DNA of 64,000 nt from Perkinsela sp. CCAP 1560/9 (taxonomy: Eukaryota; Protista; Euglenozoa: Kinetoplastea), in contig CBFFSA010000006.1 in NCBI GenBank assembly GCA_965644495.1, positions 124,001-188,000 on the forward strand, given 5' to 3'. The notes beneath the pieces are model-generated. The model searched no databases. It saw nothing but the letters and a program-made list of their open reading frames with translations, and was not told where the DNA came from. Made by a program: the position numbers and the translations under genes. This document shows, piece by piece, positions 40,511 to 50,916 of this stretch; the stretch's first letter is position 1, and each line of letters starts with the position of its first letter.

Positions 40511-41967
40511 AGGTTCGAAAATTCCGAAATTTTTGGAGTGACCCCCAAAGAAAAGGTAAAAGCACTTTTTCAAAAATGGACTCCTAAAACGTATTTTAAT
40601 AGTTTGAGACCTCAGCTACCATTCTACGACGTTTTTTTCGACAGATTCGCCTCCTACCCCTACTGGAACGGTATCAAAAACGGCCGAAATTTGGGGTAAA
40701 ATTTCGCTATCTTTACCGAAAAATCGAGCTTTTTCACACAAAAAAACTTGTGGGATAAAACTCACGCAAATGTCGCCAAAAAAGAACATTGTTTTTTCTA
40801 AAAAAGTTTGTCCAAAAAACTTATTCTTGTTTTTAAGCACGTACAACGCGACCTGGAAACGAGTATTTGGGCGCTGTATTGGTTTGGATGAGTACTCATC
40901 GAAACGAATTTTTAGTTTTGCGAAAAAATGTACTCATCGAAACGACGGTTAAATTAAAGTAAAATTTGTATTTTTCAAAATTTTCAATTTTTTTAATGTT
41001 TTAAGTCGAGAAAAACAACTTTCTCATTCTAGCTTCCAACTTAAATACGTACACAAGACTTACAAATGAATACAACGACAATGGTCTTACAGATTCTCTA
41101 AGATGCACAGCATCACACCGCCGCCATTGCATCGTAGACTGCCGTTTTCAGCATTGGCTTGCACACGATCTGCCCTTCTGCTCACTTTTCTTCCTAACAC
41201 ATTTTCTTCTCGTTTCAGGCGCTTTTTCGCAACAGAATTCGCACACTCTACAGTGTTCGTGTGAACACCATCTGCCGTGACCCATTGACGGCAGTGGTTT
41301 ACACTTTTCCACTTATAACGTTCACCATGGCGGATGTTGTGTCGCGCCCCATCGGTCCAAATTCTAGCCCCCCCCCGCACGCCAGATCTTCAAAGCGAGG
41401 ACTCAGAGTGCTCGCCTTGCGATCAGGTATTACTTCCATGAATATTTGAGATAATTTGTTCGTTCGAGTAGTCACAGCAATTGTCTGTGCAACTTCTGTA
41501 CCATCATCTCGCACACGTTTTGCACCGTGGGAACCTCGGTGACGTTTCCGCACAGAAAAAAACGTCTCATCACATTGCATGGAATCCACACTGCCTCGAT
41601 TCCTCGATACGCCGGCGAACATGAGCTGAGCATCATACCATCCATTCATTGCCTTAGGGATACTCTGCTCACTTAGGGATACTCTGCTTACTAAGAGTAG
41701 TAAAATATCAAGTATTATTGATTGCGGTGGTTGGAAAACTACCGCTCTACACTCGATTATTGAAAAAAAAGTGAACAAAAACAGTGAAAATATAAAGGGG
41801 AACACAGTAATATAATAGAAGAGGAAGAAAATTTTAACGAAAAATATCCGAGGCGCTCCCAGGCGCTCCCAGGCGCTCCCACCCAGAGTCACCCCTCTTA
41901 GTACACCTCCACTTCGCGCCAGTGACGTGCATAGTGTACGGCGCCTTGTGCGCTGACTTGTAACATA

Positions 41968-43501
41968 CAGGGGGGGGGCACGAAAATTGCTACACCTGCC
42001 AATTTTGGCCTATGCGACCGTTTCGGCTAATTTTTGTTGCATTTTGCAGATCTCAGTGTTAATATCGTGTTGAAACCATTCTGAGTACAAGAGTAGACGG
42101 GGTAGGGTGATTTCTTTGACTCCGAAAACAAGAATTTTATAGTTTTTGCAAATCCTTTTGGCTGCCAAAAAATGTCATATTTAACATTCAGTAGTCAATG
42201 GAGCCACCATTTTTGTCCCGCAGCTCTTGTAATCGAGTTGGGAGGCTGTTTAAAGTATTCAATACTGATTCCCAGCCCTCCTTCAATAGATGATCCTTCG
42301 CCTTAACAATGGCGATCTTTAGCTCAGACCGATTTTTGGGACGAAGGTGCACGTGGATGTAATCATCCATGATTTCCCACAAATTTTCGATTAAGTCCGG
42401 AGACTTTGCCGGCCAATCAATAATGTTTATTTTCCCACTGACCCGAACAGAACGAGATGTTCTGTGACCTGTTGCATTGTCCAGCACGACAATAGCACCA
42501 GGTTTACGGTGAACCCAAGAAAAAAAGCCATGAGGCTTCTTCATCGTTTCTAAGAAAGTAACGTTGGTCACCGTTTCGTTTTCATTGAACACATGAAAAC
42601 ATTCAGGGGGTATTTTCCACTTCATGCTCACTCCCATCCATACATGGACTCCTTTCCCACCATACCATTTATCCATTTGTGGAGGAGCCTCAAGGGGGGG
42701 TCCTCGCGCTTGGCAAGGTAAGTTCTTTTTTTTCCATGGAGGGAGCATCTGAATATTTTTTCGTCCGTCCAAATAATTTGGGACGTTTGACTGCCATTCA
42801 GTCCTTCAAGGTAATCGGCCAACTTTAAACAATTTTCTTTGTGCTGTGGAGTTAGTATTGGTTTGCGGCTGAATACTTTAGTAATGTATCCCATACTTTT
42901 TAAAATCTTTCTTACAGTCTTCAAGCTACACGGCAATACATTTTTTTCAATAGTTCGGAACACCCATTTAAACCCCGGGCAACCAAATGTCTCCGTGTTC
43001 TTTTCGTCCACGAGGCCAGCAAGCATCTGTCGAGACTCGTCAGTATCACAGGTGTTTTCGCGCGTGTACTTCTTTCGCTCTACATCACCCGTTTCTTCAA
43101 AACGCTTAATGTAGCGCGATACAGAAGTGTGTGAACAGTTCATCATTTGAGCTGTCTCGCGCAAAGAGGCCCCTTGGTCCACCTCGTGAGCGCAAACCAC
43201 CCTAGTGGCATAAGATGTTTGCTCCGGCGAAAGCTGGCGACGATTTAGACGGGATCTTTTCCCCATTTTCGACAAAAAACAGATCAAAAAGACAAAAAAG
43301 GGACTTTTTCTTGTATTTTTGCATTTTTTGGGGGTGAATTTTTTGTATTTTTTGTACCAAAATTATTTTTTTCGGAAAATCGAAAATTTGTTGGTTTCAA
43401 CACGATATTAACACTGAGATCTGCAAAATGCAACAAAAATTAACCAAAACGGGCGCATAGGCCAAAATTGGCAGGTGAAACAGTTTTCGTGCCCCCTCCT
43501 G
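41968..43501 (-). mobile_element. Full-length Tc1/mariner transposon (1534 bp), 110-bp TIRs, TA TSD
   Basis: TIRs at 41968-42077 and 43393-43501. TA at 41966-67 and 43502-03. Confidence 0.95.
42188..43266 (-). pseudogene. Tc1-type DDE transposase with a 1-nt frameshift near 42695
   Basis: HTH (ASLRETAQMMNCSHTSVSRYIKRF), IIWTDEK, VLDNA, WPAKSPDL--IENLW. The sister copy at ~50545 has one extra base that restores the frame. Confidence 0.9.
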
Positions 43502-43803
43502 TATAACCTTCTGCACCACCAAATTGTGATTCCTTAACCACTCCCTACATTTTGATTCGCTCCAGAGAGAAACTTTGCTTAATGTAAGATTTGCTCGGCA
43601 AGAGAAATCACTACATCCTTTACAGGGCATGTGATGAAGAATATTAAAAGTCGGAATTTAAGAAAAAGTCGGAAAAATAAACGAAAAATGAAAATACGTA
43701 TTATTATGAAAAAAAAGCACAAACTTTGTTTTTGGGGAGTTTTTTTTGTCTTTTTCAAAAATGCGAATTTTGCTCTAATTTCACCGAAACGACCGTAGAG
43801 ATC

Positions 43804-44765
43804 CTTTCGATGAGTAGTCATTCAAACTACCATTATCTCCTAGGGGGTTGTGGTAGTTTCAATGAGTACTCATCCAAACTACTATCACCGCCCTCCGACG
43901 AAAATGGAAGTACTCATCGAAATCGCGTTGTAATGGTAGTTTGGATGAGTACTCATCGAAACGACCTCTACACGTGGTACTTTGGATGAGTACTCATCGC
44001 AACGACCTCTGCACATGGTACTTTGGATGAGTACTCATTGAAACGACCTCTGCGCATGGTACTTTGGATGAGTACTTTTCACTCTATTAGTTTACATGTC
44101 TGGAGGGTTGTGTATTTTTTTCCTATATTGCATCACCTAGTTTACCTGTCTGGAGGCAAAGCCCAACTGTGAGCGAAGCCCACGTCTAGAGGCAGAAGCC
44201 CCCGTTTGCGAGCAAGGCCCAACTGTGAGCGTAGCCCTGGGACAGAATTAACTTTTTTTGCGACCCGCGCGCTCCAGCGCGGAAGTCTGCCACTCCCGCA
44301 GGATTGCGTATTTTTGTCCTATATTGCATCACCTAGTTTACCTGTCTGGAGGCAAAGCCCAAGAAGATTCAGTTTCTGTATTTCTCAGCACCCTACTCGT
44401 TTCGCAGAAAATGAATGCTGACTACGGATCCGCCACGGAAGAAAATACTCATCCAAAGTACCATGTGCAGAGGTCGTTTCAATGAGTACTCATCCAAAGT
44501 ACCATGTGCAGAGGTCGTTTCAATGAGTACTCATCCAAAGTACCATGTAAAGAGGTCGTTGCGATGAGTACTCGTCCAAACTACCATGTGAAGAGGTCGT
44601 TTCGATGAGTACTCATCCAAACTACCATTACAACGCGATTTCGATGAGTACTTCCATTTTCGTCGGAGGGCGGTGATAGTAGTTTGGATGAGTACTCATC
44701 GAAACTACCACAACCGCCTAGGAGGTAATAGTAGTTTGGATGAGTACTCATCGGAACTACCACGA
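43804..44765. repeat. Large foldback: inverted arms 43804-44079 and 44441-44765 built from 41-bp units with a palindromic GATGAGTACTCATC core
   Basis: Arm sequences are reverse complements of each other. Unit starts 43976, 44017 and 44058 give a 41-bp period. Confidence 0.9.
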
Positions 44766-45240
44766 TCCCAGTAATTGGCAACAATACACTCGTATATTAT
44801 TACAGTAATATGGTATATGGACTGCGAGGGGTGCGCAACTTTTCTTTGTTTGGTTGAAATAGTATCCATTGCCGACATTACGGACGAAAACGACCGAAAT
44901 TGGATCACTCTTCACTAATTTGGAACTGTTGCACCATTTTTAAAATTGGAGAAACACGCGGTTTATATAGAATTAATGTACAGAAACAGAATTCATCATA
45001 AAAAAGGGGCGGAAAAAAGTTCAGATAAACTTCTTTTACCAGAAATGAGAAAATTGCGAATATTGGTTCAGTTTTACCGAATTTTGACTCCCGAATAATT
45101 TCGTGCCACCCCCTGTATGCACATGTGTATTTCTATTAGGTGCATATTTTTGTATGTACCTGCTTTTTTGATCCATCGTATGTATACTCCTGTACGCTTT
45201 CTCATACTCTAACTGTAAACGAAACTACAAAACATTAGCT

Positions 45241-46434
45241 ATGACACGCAGAAACGTCATAGGAATGAGAGAATTTCAAGGCTTTCTGCGACCTGCTGTT
45301 CGAAATCTGTATGCCTACAATGTACGCCATGATTCCGCAACGTGCTCTCTTGATCCCGCGCTAGATAAACAAGCAAGCAATAAAATTGAGAAAGAGAAAT
45401 CCCCTGCTGCAGAAACGTCGTTTTTAGCAAACACACATGACAGAGTTAACGTGCCTCATCGTGAATTTATGTGCGTTTCAGATATTCACGTTGTAGAATA
45501 CATCAAACACTTACAACGAATCAGCCCTCATCGTCCCCCTGTTTCAGACAAAGGCAGCATTACAAGTGAGAAACTGGTTTCTGGTCTAAAAGGCCTTTCA
45601 AACACAAAGGAGAAAGACGACCTTGCTCCCTTACAAGAGATTCTACCAGGAGTTGTTGAAGGGTTGGAGACGAGTTATCGTTTTCAGGAGCGCGTTATAA
45701 TACTACAGAAGCAGCGTGGGGTGGAGGTTGCTGCTTGGAGAACCTCAGCCGTAACTCGCATCAATCAGAAGCAATGGGATGTAAACGAACCGCTTCATGC
45801 ACCCGTGTTTGCAACCTGTGCCTACAAGGAAGGTGACGACATGTCTATCGGACAACATCGCATACAAACTTGTGAATTGGCATTTGCTTTTCGTATTGCG
45901 AAACGTATAGATTTAGATTTCCTATTTAAAAGTGATTCGGAGCCGAAAGTAGCAGAAAGGGGCGTACGGAGGTCGAAAGTAGATTCTTTTCCGAAAGTAC
46001 AAACTTCTATACTTTTGGATCACGTAGACTATTTTTATCCGGCTCTGGATTTCTCCGGAACTCGTTTTCCTCACCGAGCACCGCATGGAGTTGCCTTCGT
46101 CGCGGATATGAGTGGCGTCGCCGCAGTGGCTCTGGGCCTTGCAGTGCCTGCTGAAAAATGGAAGGATCATGACATGTCAACCTACCCCTGCGTTCTGTTT
46201 CTTGAAGATGAGCCCATTCAGACAGGAAGGGGGGACAACGTACTTGGAAATCCACTTAACAGCATTTTACATCTGGCAACAAATTTTTATTATATGCGGG
46301 ATAAGCGCTATCTAGAACCAGGTAACGTTGTACTGACAGGCGGGTGCGGACAGCAGGCTAACATCATTCGTACGGGGAAGCTTACAGCACACTTCGGGCC
46401 TTTAGGTAAAGTAAGTGTCACAATGGTGCCGTAA
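45241..46434 (+). CDS. FAH-superfamily 2-keto-4-pentenoate hydratase (MhpD/HpcG)-like protein with an N-terminal extension
   Basis: E.AF...K, YPALD...R, VAD.....VALG, G.G.NVLGNPL.S...LA, LEPG.VVLTG, F..LG.V.V. Arg-rich presequence-like N-terminus. Confidence 0.75.
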   Translation: MTRRNVIGMREFQGFLRPAVRNLYAYNVRHDSATCSLDPALDKQASNKIEKEKSPAAETSFLANTHDRVNVPHREFMCVSDIHVVEYIKHLQRISPHRPPVSDKGSITSEKLVSGLKGLSNTKEKDDLAPLQEILPGVVEGLETSYRFQERVIILQKQRGVEVAAWRTSAVTRINQKQWDVNEPLHAPVFATCAYKEGDDMSIGQHRIQTCELAFAFRIAKRIDLDFLFKSDSEPKVAERGVRRSKVDSFPKVQTSILLDHVDYFYPALDFSGTRFPHRAPHGVAFVADMSGVAAVALGLAVPAEKWKDHDMSTYPCVLFLEDEPIQTGRGDNVLGNPLNSILHLATNFYYMRDKRYLEPGNVVLTGGCGQQANIIRTGKLTAHFGPLGKVSVTMVP

Positions 46435-46675
46435 CGTTTCAGTGATATACATAAGTGAAATGTAAGTCTGTATGAAGTATAAATTATGGAACCAACATAT
46501 GAATGACATTTAGTAGAAAGTGTTTCAGGATGAATACGTAGACTGTTGATCGGATTCGAAGGGAACATACATGCGATGACCAAAGTAAAGGACTATTGCA
46601 GAATTGCTCCTCTCATTAATTTCTATAAGTGAGGGGCTGCGGGTATGATCTCGCATGCTCTCGCGTGATTTAACA

Positions 46676-47280
46676 TTTCGGGTAAAAATGGGGTCATTTT
46701 TACGTATGCCAAAAAGACCCCGTGGGGTTCCAAAAATATATTTTCACTTTTTTTGTTCAAAAAGGTCATTTAGGAGGCATACCACGGCTCGAAGAAGGGA
46801 TATCTGGCGAAAACAACTGCGGAGAAAGCTAGTATAGGTCCCAAACTATCAAAATACAATAGGGGAAATATATTTTTGTAAATGTTTTTATAAAAATATG
46901 TTTTTTGCCATTTTTTTCGCCAAGTTTAAATTTTTTTTCAAAACTTTTTTTCGAAAAAATTCGAACTCGGCGGACCCGTCCTGCGGATACGCAGGGGGGT
47001 CACCCCCGGGTAGGGGGGTGGAAAATGCGCGCCAAGACCCCGGCTACCCTTTCTGCGGTATTTTTTCGAAAACTAATTTTTTCGAAAAAATTTGCTCCAC
47101 CATGACCCCCCTTGGACCCCCCATTTTTTTCAATTTTTTTTTCTATTTTGGACCACCGGAGCCCCCTTTTATATTTTTTTCCTTTATTATACTACTGTGT
47201 TCCTCTTTATATTTTCACTGTTTTTGTTCACTTGTTTTTCAATAATCGAGGGTAGAGCGGTAGTTTTACAACCACCGCAA
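46676..47280 (+). mobile_element. Second long copy of the hairpin-terminated family (homologous to 4974-5711)
   Basis: Colinear with 5117-5711 and ends at GCGGTAGTTTTACAACCACCGCAA. Confidence 0.85.
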
Positions 47281-47715
47281 TAATAGAGGGTAGAGGAATC
47301 CCCCTGGAAGAGGAATCCCCCCTGGACCCCCCCCTGGACCCCCCATTTTTTTCAATTTTTTTTTCAGTTTTGGATCCCCGGAGCCCCTTTTTATATTTTT
47401 TTCTTATATGAGGGGGGGGCACGCGTCTGTGGTGATCGGCAGAATATGGCAGAAATGGGCAATAATCTGCTGTTAATGAGCACTGGCGGAGAAAAAAAGT
47501 CCCATGTAGAAAAACCTCTGTCGGCGCAAAAGCTCTGTTGTCGGCGCAAAACCTCTGTTCCTTGTGCATGACATCCAGCATGTAATTTGTGCTAAAAAAA
47601 TGTTCTTTGATAAAATTGAATATAATATGTGTTGGATGTGCGTTCAAAAGTCCTACTGTGTGCCTTATTTTGATTGCAGTTCGAGAGTTTACTACATCAC
47701 ATAACATATACATTC

Positions 47716-48495
47716 TTAACTTGCTTTCATGACTCCTACTTGTCCTTCTTTCTTTAAGTAATTAAATTTTTCTCCTGCTTCTACAGTCGACGGCGACGCT
47801 TGAGGTCCTGCCGGTCTTCCGCGTTTCTTGGTGGTGCGGGGGGAAGGCGCAGTGGTCGCCGTTTGAAAGACAACTGGTGGCTGGATCGGGACCTTCATAC
47901 TCACGGGAATAGGAGGCCGAGGCAAATAAAGTGGGTCCGAGGGGGTAATTGACGATGAATGCACAGCATGGACTGTAGTACCCCCCGTGACATCATCCAC
48001 CTCGGAATCCTGCACCGGTGCCCTTCGATTGACTCGGACGTTGTGGCCTGCGAGATAAGCCCATACGCGGCTGGCAAATGATTTGCACTCGCCGTCGGGA
48101 TCAACTGAATTAAAGCCGTGTTGTGACCCAACAACTGCTCGTAATTCAGTTCCGGCTTCGCCGATGAAACCGTCGCGCACATGTTCTGCTCCAAGCCACC
48201 CACCACGATACGTGATGAGGTCAAGGATTAACTTTGCAACCCCTTCCTCGCGAAGCGTCACCCCGCATACAACGTAGTCGTCGTAGATTGCTACGGCACT
48301 CAAACAACGATTTACCACGCGGTCAATAGCACTGGGATCGCCTTGTGCAAGCACGAGTCGGCCACGAATAATTCGATACTGCTTTAGAGGTTTGTCTATT
48401 GCAGCTTTCCACTTCGCTACGTACCTCTCCAGGACGCTCAATTTTTCAGAACCTTGATCCTGAACGCCTGAAGTTTGAACGGCGACGTCAGGCAT
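47716..48495 (-). CDS. Orphan 259-aa protein with Pro/Thr-rich linker and AT-hook-like KKRGRP, embedded in a repeat element
   Basis: Intact ATG-to-TAA ORF with protein-like composition and a pyrimidine-rich upstream region on the - strand. It is the only intact long non-TE ORF on the - strand. Confidence 0.55.
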   Translation of the reverse strand: MPDVAVQTSGVQDQGSEKLSVLERYVAKWKAAIDKPLKQYRIIRGRLVLAQGDPSAIDRVVNRCLSAVAIYDDYVVCGVTLREEGVAKLILDLITYRGGWLGAEHVRDGFIGEAGTELRAVVGSQHGFNSVDPDGECKSFASRVWAYLAGHNVRVNRRAPVQDSEVDDVTGGTTVHAVHSSSITPSDPLYLPRPPIPVSMKVPIQPPVVFQTATTAPSPRTTKKRGRPAGPQASPSTVEAGEKFNYLKKEGQVGVMKAS

Positions 48496-48904
48496 AGGAA
48501 GGGTGTAAGCGGGGTGTAAAAATAGTAAACCCGAAGACTTAATGTAAGATAAAAAATAATTCAGTATGAGTCACTAGAATAAATGGAAACAATATTTCAG
48601 GTAGCCACATTATTGTATTAACTTCCATTACTTTCTTAACTTTACCATTACTGTGTTCCTCTTTATATTTTCACTGTTTTTGTTCACTTTTTTTCCTTAA
48701 TCGAGAGTAGAGCGCTAGTTTTACAACCACCGCAATTAATTCTTGTAAACAATAGATGAATGTTAATAATAGATGAAATAATACCATTGTTAATAATACA
48801 CGGTAGATGGTTGTTAATAATAGACGAACCCCCTCCCCCCTTTAAAGGAAAATGTACCAACAAGGTACATAAGCTTTGAATCCGTAATACAGCCTTGAAT
48901 CCTA

Positions 48905-49110
48905 ATATAAATTAGGAGGTTTCTGAAGGCCTCCTTGACCTCCTTGTGGCGGTAGGCCTGGGTTTTCCCCTTCACCTTTTTGCACTCAAGTGCGTGCACG
49001 CAAAGCTCCTCATTTCTGAGGGTTGCGCCACAAACGCACTGAAGCTCCGGACTTCGTGGTCGGGGCGACCAGGTACCGGAGGGGGTTCCACTGCGGGTCC
49101 CGCATGTAAT
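48905..49110 (-). mobile_element. Fragment of CRE-like non-LTR retrotransposon (zinc-finger region)
   Basis: ELQCVCGATLRNEELCVHALECKKVKGKTQAYRHKEVKEAFRNLL is homologous to 52030-52220. Confidence 0.85.
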
Positions 49111-49863
49111 ACTCTGGTCGGTTGGGCCACAATTCGGAAAAAAATACGCGAAAAAGAAATCTTTCCAGCAAACTTGTTCGTCAAGGCTACGGTCGTCAGC
49201 ACCAGGTTCACCCACTTTTGAAAATTCATGAAATAAATTTTATATAAGGAGGGGGCAGAAACGGCTCAGTTATTAAGAGACGCACTCGTTTGTGTAACGA
49301 AAGGTATGGCCAGCTTCTTTAATGAGACATCTCATTTTCGACGTCTGACTGACGCTGGGCAGCAGTACTTTTGGTTAAATTTTTGGAAGTGGCCAAACAT
49401 CTCTCTTCGTCGAGTAAATGGGTGCACCCAGCATCTTGCTACCAACGTTGAAGAGCGCATACGCAATTGGCAAGACATGTTATCGTTGAGTGGGGTTGAA
49501 AGTTACTGTCATGTGGATTGGAGAGAGAGTGGAGTCGAAGGTTGCTGTCGTGTGAAGGGGAGAGAGAGCGGGGTTGAAGGTTACTGTCGTGCAGAAGGGA
49601 GAGAGAGCGAGGTTAAAGGTTACTGTCGTGTGGAGGAGAGAGAGAAAGAGAGTGGGGTTGAAGGTTACTGTGATGTGAAGGGGAGAGAGAGGCTGCTCGT
49701 AATCTTCTTCTTCTTCGGAGAATCATGAAGCGGGATAATCTAAAAATATTAAAAAAATGGAAGTAGAGCTTGGCTAGCCCCCGCTCGGGAAGCAGTCACG
49801 CGCACTTCCTGTAGGAGAGACGGTCGGACGCCAATCCTCTCAATGCAGCGTGGTATTCTTTAA

Positions 49864-50180
49864 CAGTTCCAACTCCCATCAGGGAGTTGGGACTGCGGCC
49901 TTTTGGTCGGGGAGGCTCTGGCTCAACAGTTCCGACTCACATCAAGGACTTTTGGCCGGGGCTCAACAGTTCCGACTCACATCAAGGAGTCGGGACTGCG
50001 GCCTTTTAGCCGGGGAGCCTCTGGATCACACAGTTCCAACTTCCATTAGGGAGTTGGGACTGCGGCCTTTTGGCCGGGGAGCCTCTGGATCACACAGTTC
50101 CAACTTCCATTAGGGAGTTGGGACTGCGGCCTTTTGGCCGGGGAGCCTCTGGCTCAACAGTTCCAACTCCCATCAGGGAG
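49864..50180. repeat. 63/64-bp tandem repeat, each unit containing two hairpins
   Basis: Units start at 49864, 49927, 49967 (after a 40-bp short unit), 50031, 50095 and 50158. Hairpins CAGTTCCAACTCCC-ATCA-GGGAGTTGGGACTG and CGGCC-TTTT-GGCCG. Confidence 0.85.
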
Positions 50181-50184
50181 GAGG

Positions 50185-50914
50185 ACACCTGCCAATTTTG
50201 GCCTATGCGCCCGTTTTGGCTAATTTTTGTTGCATTTTGCAGATCTCAGTGTTAATATCGTGTTGAAACCAACAACTTTTCGATTTTCCGAAAAAAATAA
50301 CAAAAAATACGAAAAATTCATCCCCAAAAAATGCAAAAATACAAGAAAAAGTCCCTTTTTTGTCTTTTTAATCCGTTTTTTGTCGAAAATGGGGAAAAGA
50401 TCCCGTCTAAATCGTCGCCAGCTTTCGCCTTTTACTTTGAAGGACTGAATGGCAGTCAAACGTCCCAAATTATTTGGACGGACGAAAAAAGATTCAGATG
50501 CTCCCTCCATGGAAAAAAAAGAACCTACCTTGCCAAGCGCGAGGACCCCCCTCTTGAGCCTCCTCCACAAATGGATAAATGGTATGGTGGGAAAGGAGTC
50601 CATGTATGGATGGGAGTGAGCATGAAGTGTACGATTACGAAGTGTACGATTACAAGAGCTGCGGGACAAAAATGGTGGCTCCATTGACTACTGAATGTTA
50701 AATATGACATTTTTTGTTAGCCAAAAGGTTTTGCAAAAACTATAAAATTCTTGTTTTCGGAGTCAAAGAAATCACCCTACCCCGTCTACTCTTGTACTCA
50801 GAATGGTTTCAACACGATATTAACACTGAGATCTGCAAAATGCAACAAAAATTAGCCAAAACGGTCGCATAGGCCAAAATTGGCAGGTGTAGCAATTTTC
50901 GTGCCCCCTCCCTG
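50185..50914 (+). mobile_element. Internally deleted copy of the Tc1 element at 41968-43501
   Basis: Left TIR lacks its first ~25 nt. Two internal deletions. Intact right TIR followed by TA. Confidence 0.9.
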
Positions 50915-50916
50915 TA

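Larger units (their letters stand above)
41087..43630 (-). pseudogene. Merlin/ISXO2-like transposase pseudogene in pieces (43630-43502, 41965-41890, ~41680-41087)
   Basis: N-terminal Cys-rich CREWLRNHNL..C...M...WRC. Catalytic region CDETF...HRG, IWTDG, VNH...V..DGVHTNTVE. Frameshift at the C/G run ~41370. Confidence 0.85.
40870..44769 (-). mobile_element. Merlin (IS1016/ISXO2-like) DNA transposon, disrupted by nested insertions
   Basis: GG termini, each 17 nt from a GATGAGTACTCATC core. Near-perfect 8-bp TSD AGTATTTG (40862-69) / AGTAATTG (44770-77). Transposase pieces inside. Confidence 0.7.

Noticed and set aside
42690-42700. Programmed frameshift in the Tc1 transposase
   Set aside because: The sister copy has the extra base and reads through in frame, so this is a deletion or a homopolymer sequencing error.
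44370-44380. CAGTTTCTGTA, resembling the core of the kinetoplastid spliced leader
   Set aside because: Only an 11-nt match. There is no AACTAA 5' end or downstream TTG/GT donor, so it is compatible with chance.
43935-44765. CRISPR-like array of palindromic repeats
   Set aside because: Spacers are only ~9 bp and nearly identical, the array is mirrored as an inverted repeat, there are no cas genes, and the context is eukaryotic. It is explained as transposon subterminal repeats.
49306-49728. 140-aa ORF with RESGVEGYC repeats
   Set aside because: It arises from the 36-bp minisatellite that is also present at 35026-35265 without an equivalent ORF.
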